Below are positions 13,533 through 37,500 of a stretch of 64,000 bases of DNA, piece by piece. Within the stretch, counting starts at the first letter, position 1. Each line of letters opens with the position of its first letter. The position numbers and the translations under genes are program-made. Source of the stretch: Paragordius varius (taxonomy: Eukaryota; Animalia; Nematomorpha); contig OZ176056.1 in assembly GCA_964247055.1 (NCBI GenBank), forward strand, positions 8,370,001 to 8,434,000, read 5' to 3'. The notes beneath the pieces are model-generated. The model was given only the letters and a program-made list of their open reading frames with translations. It did no database searches and was not told the DNA's origin.

Positions 13533-15886
13533 TTCCGAGTGCGCATTGTAACTTAAATATTTTAAAATTATCGATTTAAACTTTTTTATTTACGAAACAT
13601 TTTTAGAAAAAAAGGTTTCCTAGTTAAATTTAAACATGTTCGTTTATTTACTTAGTTATCGGAGATTTTTATTTTTTCCTGTAAAAAAAGTGGTGCATGT
13701 CTAACATGCATACATATCAAAAGTATTTCTGTATGTGATTTCTGATAATAAAAAAATATATATAGATAGTTTGAAATATGATCTGTAATCAAGCGTCATT
13801 CATTTTAATACAAAATTTTTATATAAATATATATTTTATTTGTTGAAAAATATTATGTAATATGGAAAAGCATCGGCAATGGCCTTAAATATTAATTTTT
13901 TCCAGCAGGTAATTAAATACAAATCAAATATTTAAATATGGAATATATGATAAAATATTGGCTCTACCTATGAATAAGGAATAGGTGCTGCCTACCTATA
14001 TTTTGAAAAAACTAAAACTAACCAGCTAAAAAAACAAAAAAAAATAATATATTTTTCAATAATTTTATACGTTAGGTGTAATAAGTGTAAGGTAAAAATG
14101 TAATATTATTTATTTAATATATTTAATTATTTTTCAGTTTTATGTTTATAGCGATATGATCAATATCTTAGCCAAAATTTTTAATAACGGAACCAGATAT
14201 TTTCAAATTTTTATTCTTTATATTTGAAATTTATTTGCCCAAATTTTTTACGGAATTCTGGAATCAACATATGCATATTTAAACATTATCCTTTTTTTAA
14301 ACGCACCTATATGAAATTGTCCAAGATTATTGCCAAATTCTTTATTGATACTTTTTACTTTGTGACCGTTTAGTCGGACATGTAAATCAAATCATTTATA
14401 ATTTTTTGATGCTAGTTAAAATTCTCATATTTCATATAAAAGCAACAATTATAAATTGTGTTTTGTATGAAACCTTGATCAGAGTTTTACAATCTCAAAA
14501 AATTCAGGTGAAAATATAATGTCCGATACTACGTTCACAAATTAAAGGGTAATTGAATACAAACCATACAAAACATTATCATTATTGGCGAATTGTCAAG
14601 TTAAGTAGTTTATTTACGAGTAAGTTTATTAACCGATGAATATAAATAAAACTGCTGATAAAAGTCAGAGTTTTGGAGTTTTTTTTTACTGTTAAAATTA
14701 CTCTAAAACACTTTACACTTGGTTGATTTTGTAATAATTTTCGCGTTGGAAAATGAAAAATCATTGCTCGTTAATAGCTACTTATCCTGACAATTTGTTT
14801 ACACGCACATATCTATATTATCCAAACATTTTGAATATGATTTATAATATTGGATATTCTAATTGTTATCTCTATGTAACCTTTTCCATATTTTCATCCT
14901 AGTTTACATATTGGGGTACTTTTATATCCCAGAGCTCAGGCTTGTAACTAAACATCAGTTTTGAAAGTTATTTTTTTTTAAAAATTAAATATAACAGGAT
15001 TGAAACAAACAGCTGATATTAAAATCAAAATTTATCAAGTGCTGGTAAAACTGAATTTAAAGTCAATGCATAATAAACATATATTGCCTGTTGCATTATC
15101 AATATGAAAAAATCAAGCGAAAAAATCCCGGCGAAAGATTTTAAGATGAGTATTTTTTCCCAATTTTATTTTTTTTAAGAAATTTTTTTTGTATTACGCG
15201 CTAACATATTTTTAATTCGGCTTAATATCTTCTTTGAGATCAGGATATACTCAAAGGTTAAGGCTATCAATTCTTTAATAAATAATGTGTGTGTATACAT
15301 ATATTTATTCTGAAATAAATGGATATCACATATATAGCTAATCGTAAATGTCAAACTTTGATCCAAAGCTTATTGCGTTATATGTAAATATATTCATTAA
15401 ATAATTGTTTAAATTCAATATAGTGGGAAGTTGTCATATAATGTTGAAATACTATAAATGCAATTTGAGTCAATTCTATTTTGCATTTAAATATCGGAAA
15501 AATTTGAGTTGTGAATCGATTTTAATAGTTTTTCCATAAAAACTGCCCTAGTCAAAAACCTAACGTTCAAAATTGCTTTATACTGTAATAATTTTTGTTT
15601 GAAGGTTTGGTCCTAAAAACAATGCAAAAATTTTGAAGAGAGTTAAAAGGGAGTTTAGCCATAAATATGCAAGTTATATACTAATGGATTTTAAAAATAA
15701 TCCAAGCGCTTTCAAAGTTAGATTAAAAACTATGCTTTAATTGTTAAACAATCGTGTACTCATCATAAAAATATAATAAGTAGATAAAAACATCGGTAAG
15801 ATGTAGCTTTGATTATTCTTAATCTGTAATTTATGCGTTGCATTATTGAGCCTATAGTCGGTACATAAATACCTGTAACCGCATTT

Positions 15887-16168
15887 TACAGTAAAAACTA
15901 AAATTAATAAACGGACAAAATGTAAAAAATATTCTTTTCTAAAAGACAACGACACTTTCTAATTCTTAATTAATTTATAAACATTGAGTGTTCTAAACTC
16001 AAAAGAATATAATATTGGCAAAACACACAATTATTTATTATACAAATGAAATTAAATGATTATTATAGGATAAATCAAGGATTTAATTAAAAAGTATGGT
16101 TGTCTTTTAAAAAAATATTTTGTCTTTATATTTTTACGTTATGTGTCCGTATTTCAATTTTTACTGTA
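15887..16168. mobile_element. MITE family A
   Basis: TA-CAGTAAAAA ... TTTTTACTG-TA. Confidence 0.75.
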
Positions 16169-17267
16169 AAAGTTCCAGTAAACACTTTGCAATTCATATT
16201 ACATACATATAAGATAATAATTTAAATTGTTTTTTGACCCTCAAAAAAATACGATATGTCTATATACGTTAACCTTTTTAAATAAAACCAATATTATTCC
16301 AGTGCTATTGAAGATTTTTCCAACAACGGTGTATAAATATATATTTTAACAATAGAAAACAATTTATTACTCAAATTCCAGAATCAACTATAATTTTAGT
16401 ATCATAAAACAATAACTTTGTAAATATGACTTGTCTGTATATTTTACAAAAACTTTTTATAAAATTAATTTGCTATAAAAATCAAAAACCAATGCCTGTT
16501 ATATCTTTCGCAACACTTTAAATTGCACGCATATATTAAGTTTTTTAATCAATAATTTAAAAATATAAAATGCGACATAACATTTTAAAACTTTAATTTA
16601 GCAAATAAAGACATTTTTTACATTGAATTTTATTCCATAACAAAATATTTAATTCGCTTAACTGATGATTTTTAATTAGAAGTTATGTAAGAAATAAAAT
16701 GCCAAAGGTTTGAAATATAGTATAATTACTTTATCTTTTAAGCCATAGTTTTATGGGTTTTAATTTTTGGGAAAAATTTCATCACAAATATAAGATAAAG
16801 GCGAAATTTTTATATATTGATTTTTAAAACATTTGTTATATAAAAACTTCATTTGCGATCCAAATTTATTAAAAAAGTAGGATTCATAATATTATATGGT
16901 AAACATAAATTGTATAGGAATAAAAAATTTATATTGTATAAATAAAGATTAAATCATATCTACAATATATAATAATATATATTAATAGATGCCAATATTT
17001 AATCACAATACTAAATTAGATCCAAAATATTTCATTTCCTTACCCATAAAAATAAATTAATTGTCGTTTAAAAACTATTTTTCATTTAAATTAAAAAAAT
17101 GCTTTTTATGATAAAAAAGATCTATTTTAAACAAATGTCAATATATTCTTTTATAAAATCTACCATTTTAAACCTAAGCTTTGAGAGTCAGTATAATTAT
17201 TGAAAATGCTACAATTATAACATAAAATTTTAATAAAACTCAAATAAAAGACAAACCATTTTTTATT

Positions 17268-27385
<10,118 letters not shown>

Positions 27386-27475
27386 TTTGCAGGATATCAA
27401 ACAATTTTTTTTACTTATATCGGCAGCACATTTGAAAACACAAAATATGTTTTAGCAACGCATTCCTTTACCCAT
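27386..27475. promoter_or_regulatory. Putative compact bidirectional promoter / 5' UTR region between ZnT5 and SUV3
   Basis: The divergent ATGs at 27385 (-) and 27476 (+) are 90 bp apart. No transcription start sites can be seen from sequence. Confidence 0.6.
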
Positions 27476-28521
27476 ATGTTACGACATACCTGTTTTGCTA
27501 TTCCGAAAAATTGTGTAAAAAATGAACAAAATATTTGTAAATTGCGAAAGGTGATATTCGAAAACAGGTTGCCACGTTATTATTCCTCGTCAGGAAAACG
27601 GCCAACAATCGATCTCAGTTCAATTATCAAACCCATTATAGTCGAAGCCAGTAAAAACCCAGATGACATAAATATTGGCGTAGAGCTTACCCAAAATTAC
27701 ATAAAGAAAGAGGAAATGATCCGTATCCTAAACACATTTTATCGTTTACCCCAAGTTAAAACGTTGGCGGAAGAACAGGGCCTAGATCAACGACTTTTCA
27801 GTCAAGCCTTCCTGAGTTTCCGTAAATTTTGTATTGAATCAGATGCACTTCCGGTCGATTTACACATTGTTATGAGTGATATATTAGTTAATGCAGGCCA
27901 TGCTTCCGATATATTCCCCTACTTTTTAACCCATGCCAAAAAAATGTTCCCTCACATCGATTGTATGGATGACCTTAAAAAGATTAGCGATTTAACGGAT
28001 CCCCTTAATTGGTTTGATTATTCATTTTATTAACAATTTATATGCAATTAAAACTTTGAATTTATTAAATTTTTTCATGAATACGGAAAGTTTTTGTTTT
28101 TGCTTAAATATAATTAATTTTAAAATATAAATGACGAAAAATTTACAATATAATGTAAAATTTATGATATAAAATTTCCTAATATATAATAATTACATAC
28201 AATTTCAAGTTTTTGGTTTATTATTTCTATATTTTGCCAATATTAACAAATTTTCCAAAATAATAATATAATCTTTACTTTTTTTATCTATCCTATTTTC
28301 ATTCATTTATAAAAAGGTTTTAAAATGTTGTTTAGATTTACCCAATATCAAATTTTTTTGAAAATTTCATAAAATCTCTCTGTTATCCCTCTTTAAAAAA
28401 ATAAAATAATTAATTGATTATAATTTTTTTATATATACCATTTCCAATTCAAATTCACCCTTGAACAATTCAAATTCACCCTCAAATAAATTACATGTTT
28501 TTTAAGATTAATAATTATCTA

Positions 28522-28562
<41 letters not shown>

Positions 28563-31500
28563 AATAGAATTTTGTTTTAAATTAAAATAATGCTGAAAAA
28601 ATAAACTATGCCATAGAGATATATTTTATATATTAATAATGAGTTATATTAGCTGCTTGAAAACACATAATTTATTTTTAAGGTGAATTTGAATTGTTCA
28701 AGGGGGTGAATTTGAATTGTTCAAGGGCGTGAATTTGAATTGTTCAAGGGCGTGAATTTGAAATGTTCTCAAGGGTGAATTTGAATTGTTCAAGGGGGAA
28801 TTGGAATTGTTCAAGGGGGTGAATTTGTACTGTAAATGGTATATATATATGTGTGTTAGGTATGCCGAAGCTCGGGCTCATAGCAGAAAAATAATTTTTC
28901 ATTCAGGACCAACAAACAGTGGAAAAACTTATCAAGCCCTACAACGATTTATAAATGCCCGTTCGGGTATATATTGTGGACCGCTGAAAATGTTGGCTAA
29001 TGAAGTCTTTCACAAATGTAATCAACAGGTATGAAGTGAAACTGAATTTTAGTTTTTAAATTTTGGATTTTGGATTATATTTGACAGATATTTTAAAGTA
29101 AATATGCAAGATATATAATTATGATTGGATATTGGTAATATATATATATATATATATATATATATCTACCATTTGCACTTTAAGTTTGTCCTTAAACACT
29201 TCAAATTGGTCCTTAAACATTTCAGGTTGGTCCTTCCTTAAAATTTTTAAATTTTGATTTGTAAAAAGCTGTTTATAAATGTGCATTTTATCAATATTGA
29301 GTTAATTTGTATTAATGGGTATAGGTTTAACTTGTTTTATATTTTACTAAGACATATATATGTGTGTGTATTGACTTAACGTTTCATGACTTTTTTGGGT
29401 AATTTTATACCCCTCTCTGGCCCTTTTAAAATTTAAATATCTTATATAAAATATTATTAGCATTTTTAGCCTTTTAAGCGAATAATGTCAGTTTATAGGC
29501 GTTTTTTATTTGTAAAAAATCATAATTTTACTTTTTTTGCATTGTCAAGGGTACACCCTGTGATTTAATAACCGGTGAAGAACGAAAAATTGTGGATTCT
29601 GAGGGAAAAGCATCAAATCATATAGCTTGTACAGTTGAAATGACAAAATTATTTCCAGACTTATCCGATGATAATAATTTGGATTATTCTAATAATGTTG
29701 TTGAATCAAGTTTTTATTTTAGTAATTTTAGTTTAGTTTTAATTAAGAATAAATTGTTTAACAATGATAATTTGAATTCTAATAATGTTATTTAATCAAA
29801 CTTTTGTTTTTTATTTTATTTTAGTTTAGTTTAGTTTTAATTAAGGATAAATTTGTTTAACAATGATAATTTGAATTCTAAAAATGTTATTTAATCAAAT
29901 TTGTTTAACATGTATTTTAGTTTAGTTTAGTTTTAATTAAGGATAATAATTTGGATTCTAACGTTAATAATGAATCAAGTTTTTATTAGTTTTAAATTTA
30001 GTTTAGTTTAGTTTTAATTAAGGATAAATTGTTTAACAATGATAATTTGAATTCTAATAATGTTGTTGAATCAAGTTTGTTTTAGTTTTAAGTTTAGTTT
30101 TAAATAAGGGGAAATTGTTTAACAATGATAATTTGGATTCTAATGATGTTGTTTAATCAAATTTGTTTAACATGTATTTTAGTTTAGTTTTAATTTAAGG
30201 GTAAATTTGTTTAACAAATGATAATTTGGATTTTACTCTTAATAAATCAAGTTTGTTTTAGTTTTAAGTTTAGTTTGGTTTTAAATAAGGGTAAATTGTT
30301 TAACAATGATAATTTGGATTCTAATAATGTTGTTGAATCAAGTTTGTTTTAGTTTTAAGTTTTAGTTTAGTTTTAATTAAGGGTAAATTGTTTAAAGGGG
30401 GGAGTTGAAATAAAAATGGTTGTTAGCAAGAAATATTATTTTCATTAAAAAAAATGATATAAATTTATTGAATTATTTTTTAAAACTTTTTTGAAAAAAA
30501 CATTAATAACGACTCTAATTTAAATGAATTACGTTTTTAGTTTAGTTTTAATGGAGATTCTATGGGGTATTAGAAATAAAAAGTGTTGTGGGTACAAGAA
30601 ATATTATTTTAATATATCTGAAAAATGATATAAATTAATCGAATTATTTTTAGATTTTTTTTAAAAAAATTATAAGGACTCTAATTTAAATAAATTAAGT
30701 TTTGTTTTAGTTTAAATTAAGGGTAAATTGTTTTCTTTTGGGGAAAAAGGAGGGAGGGGGTTAGAAATAAAAAGTGTCGCAGTTAACAGAAAAATTATTT
30801 TTCATCAAAAAATAATTTAAATTTATCAAATTATTTTTTATATTTTTTTATATTAGTTTTTATAAGGATAATTTAAATAATTCAAGTTTGTTTTAGTAAT
30901 TTTAGTTTAGTTTTAATTTGAAGTCGTTTTTTGGGGAGTGTTAGAAATTAAAAGTGTTGTTAGCAAGAAATATTATTTTCATTAAAATAAATATGATATA
31001 AATTTACCGATTTATTTTTTAGATCTTTTTTGAATAAAAATTAATAATGAATCTAATCTAAATGAATTACGTTTTTAGTTTAGTTTTAATTAAGGATAAA
31101 TTGTTTTAAGGGGGGTTAGAAATAAAAAGTGTCACAGTTAACAGAAAAATTCATCAAAAAATAATATAAATTTATCGAATTATTTTTTAGATTTTTCTTA
31201 AATTATGACTCTAAACTAAAGTTAAGTTTTTATAAGTTTTAATGGAGGGGGTATTAGGAATAAAAAATGTTATATCTGAAAAATTTTAAAAATTAGTTTG
31301 TTTAATTATTTTAGGTTATTTTAGTATATCCTTTTATATCTGAAAATAAATTTTATATATATTTATATATATATACATATATATATACTTAACAATATTT
31401 TACAAGAAAATGATAAAATGGTGTTAATATATTTCATATATAGCGTTATAATTTCGACTGGTTAGAAATGCAATTTATAACCAGTCATAAATTTTAAATA

Positions 31501-34500
31501 ATACATTGTCAAACACACATAATAAAAATTAATTTAATATAATGATATAATAAAATCACGATACGATTTATTTTAATATGTTTAATACAATACAAGGATA
31601 TTAACTTATTATATATAATTATATACAGTAAAAATTGGAATTATACGGAGAAAACGTAAAAATATAAGACAAACATCTTTATAAAGACAACCATACTTTT
31701 TAAATTTAGATTTATATCAAAATAAACATTCATTTCAAATGACAAAGTTTTAAATCTAACACAATCAATTCTATAATTTACAATTGTAACTAAATAACTT
31801 ATATGGTAATCATTAAGGTTTTCAAAAGTATGGGGTTGTCTCTTAAATAAAAAAATATATGTCTTTATATTTTCACGTTTTGTCCGTATAATTTTTATTT
31901 TTTATATATATATCTATTGCAAGAGATGATTAATTCCGATTTGGATTTACAAAATCAACAGTCAAATAATGAAATGATAAATCCGCCGCCTATAAAAAAG
32001 CACGCCTACGAAGTTGCCATTATAGATGAAATTCAAATGATAAAGGATCCTGTTAGGGGTTGGGCATGGACCCGAGCTTTATTAGGTTTTATTTTATAGA
32101 TTAAAGTAAAAAAGTATTTTAAAAAGGATTTTAGTTTAAAGGACAATAATTGTTAATTTTAGTGCAAAGATAAAGAAATTCTGATATTAATTTTTTTTAG
32201 TAGATATATACCATTTACTCTTCAAGAGTCTTCTTGAACACTTCAAGTTGGTCCTTAAACACTTAAGTTAATCCTTGCATTTCAAGTTGGTTCTTGAACA
32301 CTTTAAGTTTGTCCTTAAACACTTCAATTATGTCCTTAAAATTTTTAAATTTTGATTTAACCATAATTTTTGCATGTATTTTTTAATTTTATTATTTTTT
32401 AACTAATTTTCTTTATTTATTATATATTTATTTATTTCATAATAAAAAATCTTATTCAAAAACCACTTTTTGTTGTTTCAAACGAATTTTTTTAAATGTT
32501 TTTAATGGTAAATTGGAAATAATTATACAGAAAACTTATATATTTTTTAATTATATGTTAAAATCTTATAGATATTTATAATATTTTTCAAAAAATAATA
32601 AAGGTATACGGATAAAGTAAATAGGTTAAAACTGATAAAATAGTAGAATAATACACGATTTGAATAATAAAAGTTTAAAACAAAATAAAAAAGTCAAAGG
32701 ACTAAAAAGTGATCAAGGACCAACTTAAAATGTTCATTAACTTAAAATGAGGACTAACTTTAAGTGTTAAATGACCAACTTAAAATGTTCAAGCACCAAC
32801 TTGAAGTGTTCAAGGATCAACCTGAAATGTTCAAGGACAAACTTAAAAATTTCAAAGACCGAAGTGTTCAAGGACAAACTTAGTTCAAGGACACTCTTGA
32901 AGTGCAAATTGTATTAAAATTTAAGGATAAATTTATAAGACCAGCCAGGCATTTTATACGGAACGGAGAAAACTTAAAATTGTTAAAAACTTACTCTATT
33001 ATGTATATATTTTTTGAGGAAATAAAGAATTAGATTTTTGTTATATGTAAAAAATTATATTTTGTTTAACCATATTAATTTATATATATATATATATATA
33101 TATAACCGATTGCATTAGATTGCAAATGAGGTTTAAGGTGTAATTTATTGGAACCTCAATTATATCGTTGTCAAAATTTCAATTATATAGAAAATAAAAA
33201 GAATGGTTAAAATTTTTTTTTTCAGTTTTAAATCACAAAATTAGTCATTTCTTTTTTTACGTTTTAGTAGTAGTAATTTATATTAAAAACCCAACTTTTT
33301 ATACTGTATAACTTATGTTTAAATTGTGTAATAAATTCTTATTTCCAACGAAACCCTTTTAAATTGCCCCAAAATCAAGGGTACAATGATAGTTTTCTTT
33401 ACAAAAAAAGCCAACATAATTCGTTTATTAAATTACTTATAATATGTAATATAGATAGAAAAGATATAAGCATTAGGCCTCAAAATGATAAACCACTTAT
33501 TATATGGCATATTATAAAAAATAAAAAAAATTAACCCGAAAAATATTTATTTCTCACGTCCTGAATTCCGTTTTTTCACCAGCTAACAACATAGTTTTTG
33601 CAATTTTTTTTTGAATCCTTAATAATGATTTTTTTTAATCTTTAATTCAAAGTTTTTTAACCGCCGCATGGTATAATATATGAATGTATATCGAAGCATC
33701 TCCAAATTAACTACAATGTATCCTTTATTTTATCAAAAATTTATTTTCTTTCGTTAAATGGGTATGAATATTTGTTAAAAAAATAGAAAAAACAAGAGCT
33801 CTATGGTATTATTAACAATATCATATTCATCAAAAAAGGTATAAGAATTACCATAGAGCTCTTGTTTTTTCCATTCTTTACCAAATATTTATACCCCCTG
33901 CCATTTAACGAAAAAAAATAAATTTTTGATAAAATAAAGGATACATTACTGTATATTTTCAAAACCCCAAATAACATAATTTCAATTTTTTTATTGTAAA
34001 AAACCTTATTTTTTTGCAAAAACAAATAGGATTAGTAGCTGATGAAATCCATTTATGTGGTGAGGCCGGAGCCATTAACCTTGTGAAAGATTTATTAGCG
34101 CCCATAGGAGAAAATGTGGAAGTTAGACGTTATAAACGATTAACACCCCTTAGAATTCTGGATAAACCGCTGGGTAAGCTTTTTTAAACTCTTTTTGGAG
34201 TTTTTTGGAATATTTATGAGTATAGATTTCAAATATTCAAGTATTCTTTGAGCGTACTTAGTATTGTTAACATTAACAGAGTATTAAATGATTGATTTTG
34301 ATTAAAATATATAATTTCTTATTTTGTTATGTGTTTTTACCATTTTTTGATGGTTAAAATTTCTCAGAATATTAAATATTCTTGGATTTTTTTTGGGTTA
34401 TTTTTTTACAATTTGTTAAAAGAAAAATTTAGTGTCTATTTAAACAAATTTTTTTTACTAAATATACTTTTAAATAAATAAACTTATATATAAACGGGTT

Positions 34501-37500
34501 ACGTATATATCAGAATATTGATAAACCGCTGAGTAAACTCTCTTTTTGGATATTTGGGTTTTTTAGGTTTTTTGATTTTTCAATTATTTTAGCGTTTCTT
34601 GGAATCGATTGTAATATCTGAATGGACGAATGGCTAGGTAACTGGTGTCTGAATTTGGGTTTTTGATTAATATTTTGATTTTTTTTGGATTTTTTAAGCT
34701 TTTGAATAAAATTTATAATCAGTTATTATACATCAGAATATTGAAGAAATCACTAGAAAATATAAGATCTTTTTTGGGAGGAGTTTTTTCGATTTATATC
34801 ACGAGTTTTTTTGGAATATATGAAGGCTAACGCTATAAATTATTTACACTTTTCAGAATTTTGAAACCCTGATGTACAGTATAAATTGATATTATACGGA
34901 CAAAAGGTAAAAATATAACGACAATTTTTTCAAAAGACAACCAACCCTAATGTTTTTCATATAAGCTACTTAGTTACGATTGTAAAATATAGTATTGATT
35001 GTGTTAGTCTTAGATATCTCTATTTCACACTTTGCCATTTAAAACAATGAGTTACATTGATAAAAATCTAGTTTTAAAAATTATGGTAGTCTTTTAAAAA
35101 AAAATATTTTTCTTTATATTTTTACATTTTGTCCCCGTATAATATTTTACTGTAAAATTTTAAATTTTTGGCGTTTTTCGAAAGAATTTTTTTTTTGATT
35201 TTTGATATCGAAAATTATTTTAGCGTTTCTTTGTTGATTGTTGATTATTAAAATTTAGTCTATGGTCGTTCTTGATTAAAATTTTGGATACTTTTTAAGT
35301 ATTTAGGGAAAATTTAAAAATGGTTAACCAATTAAATATTGAATAAATTGCTAGGACTCTTAGATCTTTTTAGTTTTTTAAGGGTTTTTTTAGAGTTTTT
35401 TTTTCGATTTTTTTGAAATATTTTTGGTATATGTTTAAGTTAGATGTTACAAACGATTGATATGCCAGAATTCTAGAAAAACCCATTAGATTAAAGGTTT
35501 TTAATGAAATATGATTATAAATTAAAATTGGTTTTTTTTTCATTTTACCTTATATTTATTTTATTTTTTATATATGTATATATTGTTTGAATAGCATCTT
35601 TTGATAATGTGCGTGAGGGGGATTGTATTGTGTGTTTCAGTAAAAATGACATTTACATGATTAGTCAAAAAATTGAGGCCCGTGGAATACCTTGTGCCGT
35701 AATATATGGGAGTTTACCCCCTGGTAAGATTTTAGTTTTATAAAAACTAAACTTTAATAATAGTTAAAATGCCCTTTTTTTGTTTCGTTTAATATGTTGT
35801 GTTGTGGAGTCGGATATATGTCGTCCGCATATTACGCCATTTTTTACCGACGATTTTTATGTCAAACGATTTATGTCTATGCCTCGTGTGTGATTATGAT
35901 CCTTTTAAAAGCAAACGCTGAAAAACAACAAAATTGGTGAGCAAATTTATACTTACTTATTCTTATTTAGGGAAAAAAACGGAAACCCTAAATCCTTTTA
36001 ACAATTACACAACTATGACTTTAATTTACCAAAATTTTTAAGGTTTTTTTCTATAAAACTTTCTAAAACGCAACAGAGTGGCGATAGAATCTAAACTGTC
36101 CAATACTCAAGCTGTATTCAGAGCAAATATTAAATTTATAAAAAAACAAATTGATTTAAACGAAATATATCATCGACTTTACGAAAGCGTTTAATAGAGT
36201 CAGGCGAACACATCGGTTCTGGAAGGCAAATATCTCGAATCAAAATATCAGAGCATATAATATAAAAATAAAAAATCCCCATATATTCAAATACAATTGC
36301 ATGCATATTGATACCATTGAACAAGGGATTGCGATTTACCAATTTTTTCTTCATAGATACATTGTTTTACATATAACTTGGAAAAAATCCCTCTTTTCAT
36401 GAGTCCATTCATTTTATTATTATAGTTTGGAAGCAAGAATATGTAATGCCTATATATTGTTTTAAACGTACATATATATTATTCATAGAATTAAATTTAG
36501 CGACGACGACGACGACACATATAGTAATAAGACCTGGTTATTCCCTTTAATATCAAGAGGGCTAACATAGACCTCACCTAGGGCGTGGACTGCCACAATT
36601 TGCATAAGCCTTGTTCATTATATTGTTGATTATAATATCCTCAATAATTATGGACGAATCAATATTATATATTTCTGATGTATTTTCCCCATATCTAAGA
36701 GGCATTTTCACTCCTGCAATTCCAAATAATCATCTGGGCCATCCTTTTTTTCCAGTCGGATATCTGCTTTGGACTTCCCCCTCTCGGAGTTTTGTTTGGA
36801 TTTCAACTGACAACACGTGTTTCACAAGCAGCTTTTAATCGTTTCTAAGAAATGAATCCTAGCTTCGCCTGGATGATCCTTTGTCATTCGATAAAGTTTT
36901 GACTCGGTTTAACCATAAACTATTAAAAGGAGAGTAAGTAGATTTGCATTGCTAAGTTCGTTATCTCCTCCCAATCCATTTCGTCAATGGCTAATCAACC
37001 ATAAGACATTTCCAAATTAATTCTGGGAACCCTTTAAAGAATCAACGAACTTTACTCAATATATTCGCCATATTTGTCACCTGTTAATTACTAGAAACAT
37101 AGAATGCACCGATGCAAATATCAAGACTGTTTTTCTAGCCTTTGGTGACATTAACATTATCCAAAGCTGATTAACAATATGAAATGAGGGGAAATATTGA
37201 ACCTAGCCATGTAAATCTATTTTCCATTTAATAGTTTATATGGTTAAACCGAGTTAAATTTTAACGAATGCCAAAAAATTCATAAAACGGCCTTAACGAC
37301 AGATAATTGGGAGTTCTCAAACTTTTTAGCAATATAAAAACGAGTTGAAAAGTTGTTACAACCTTCTTTGCCTGAATGATCGATTAGTAATTCCACGCGC
37401 AATGCAAAACGCTAACCTAACGCTCTTACACACCGGACATAATCGGTTAAATACCATGAAATCCCAGGCCTGCATTTAAGTATTCTAACCCGACATAGAG

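Noticed and set aside
28680-28830. CRISPR-like short direct repeats (also 9280-9360 and 32690-32900)
   Set aside because: The units are contiguous with no unique spacers, lie within MITE arms, and the context is eukaryotic with no cas genes.
36136-36354. 72-aa minus-strand ORF
   Set aside because: Antisense to the LINE RT remnant on the plus strand.
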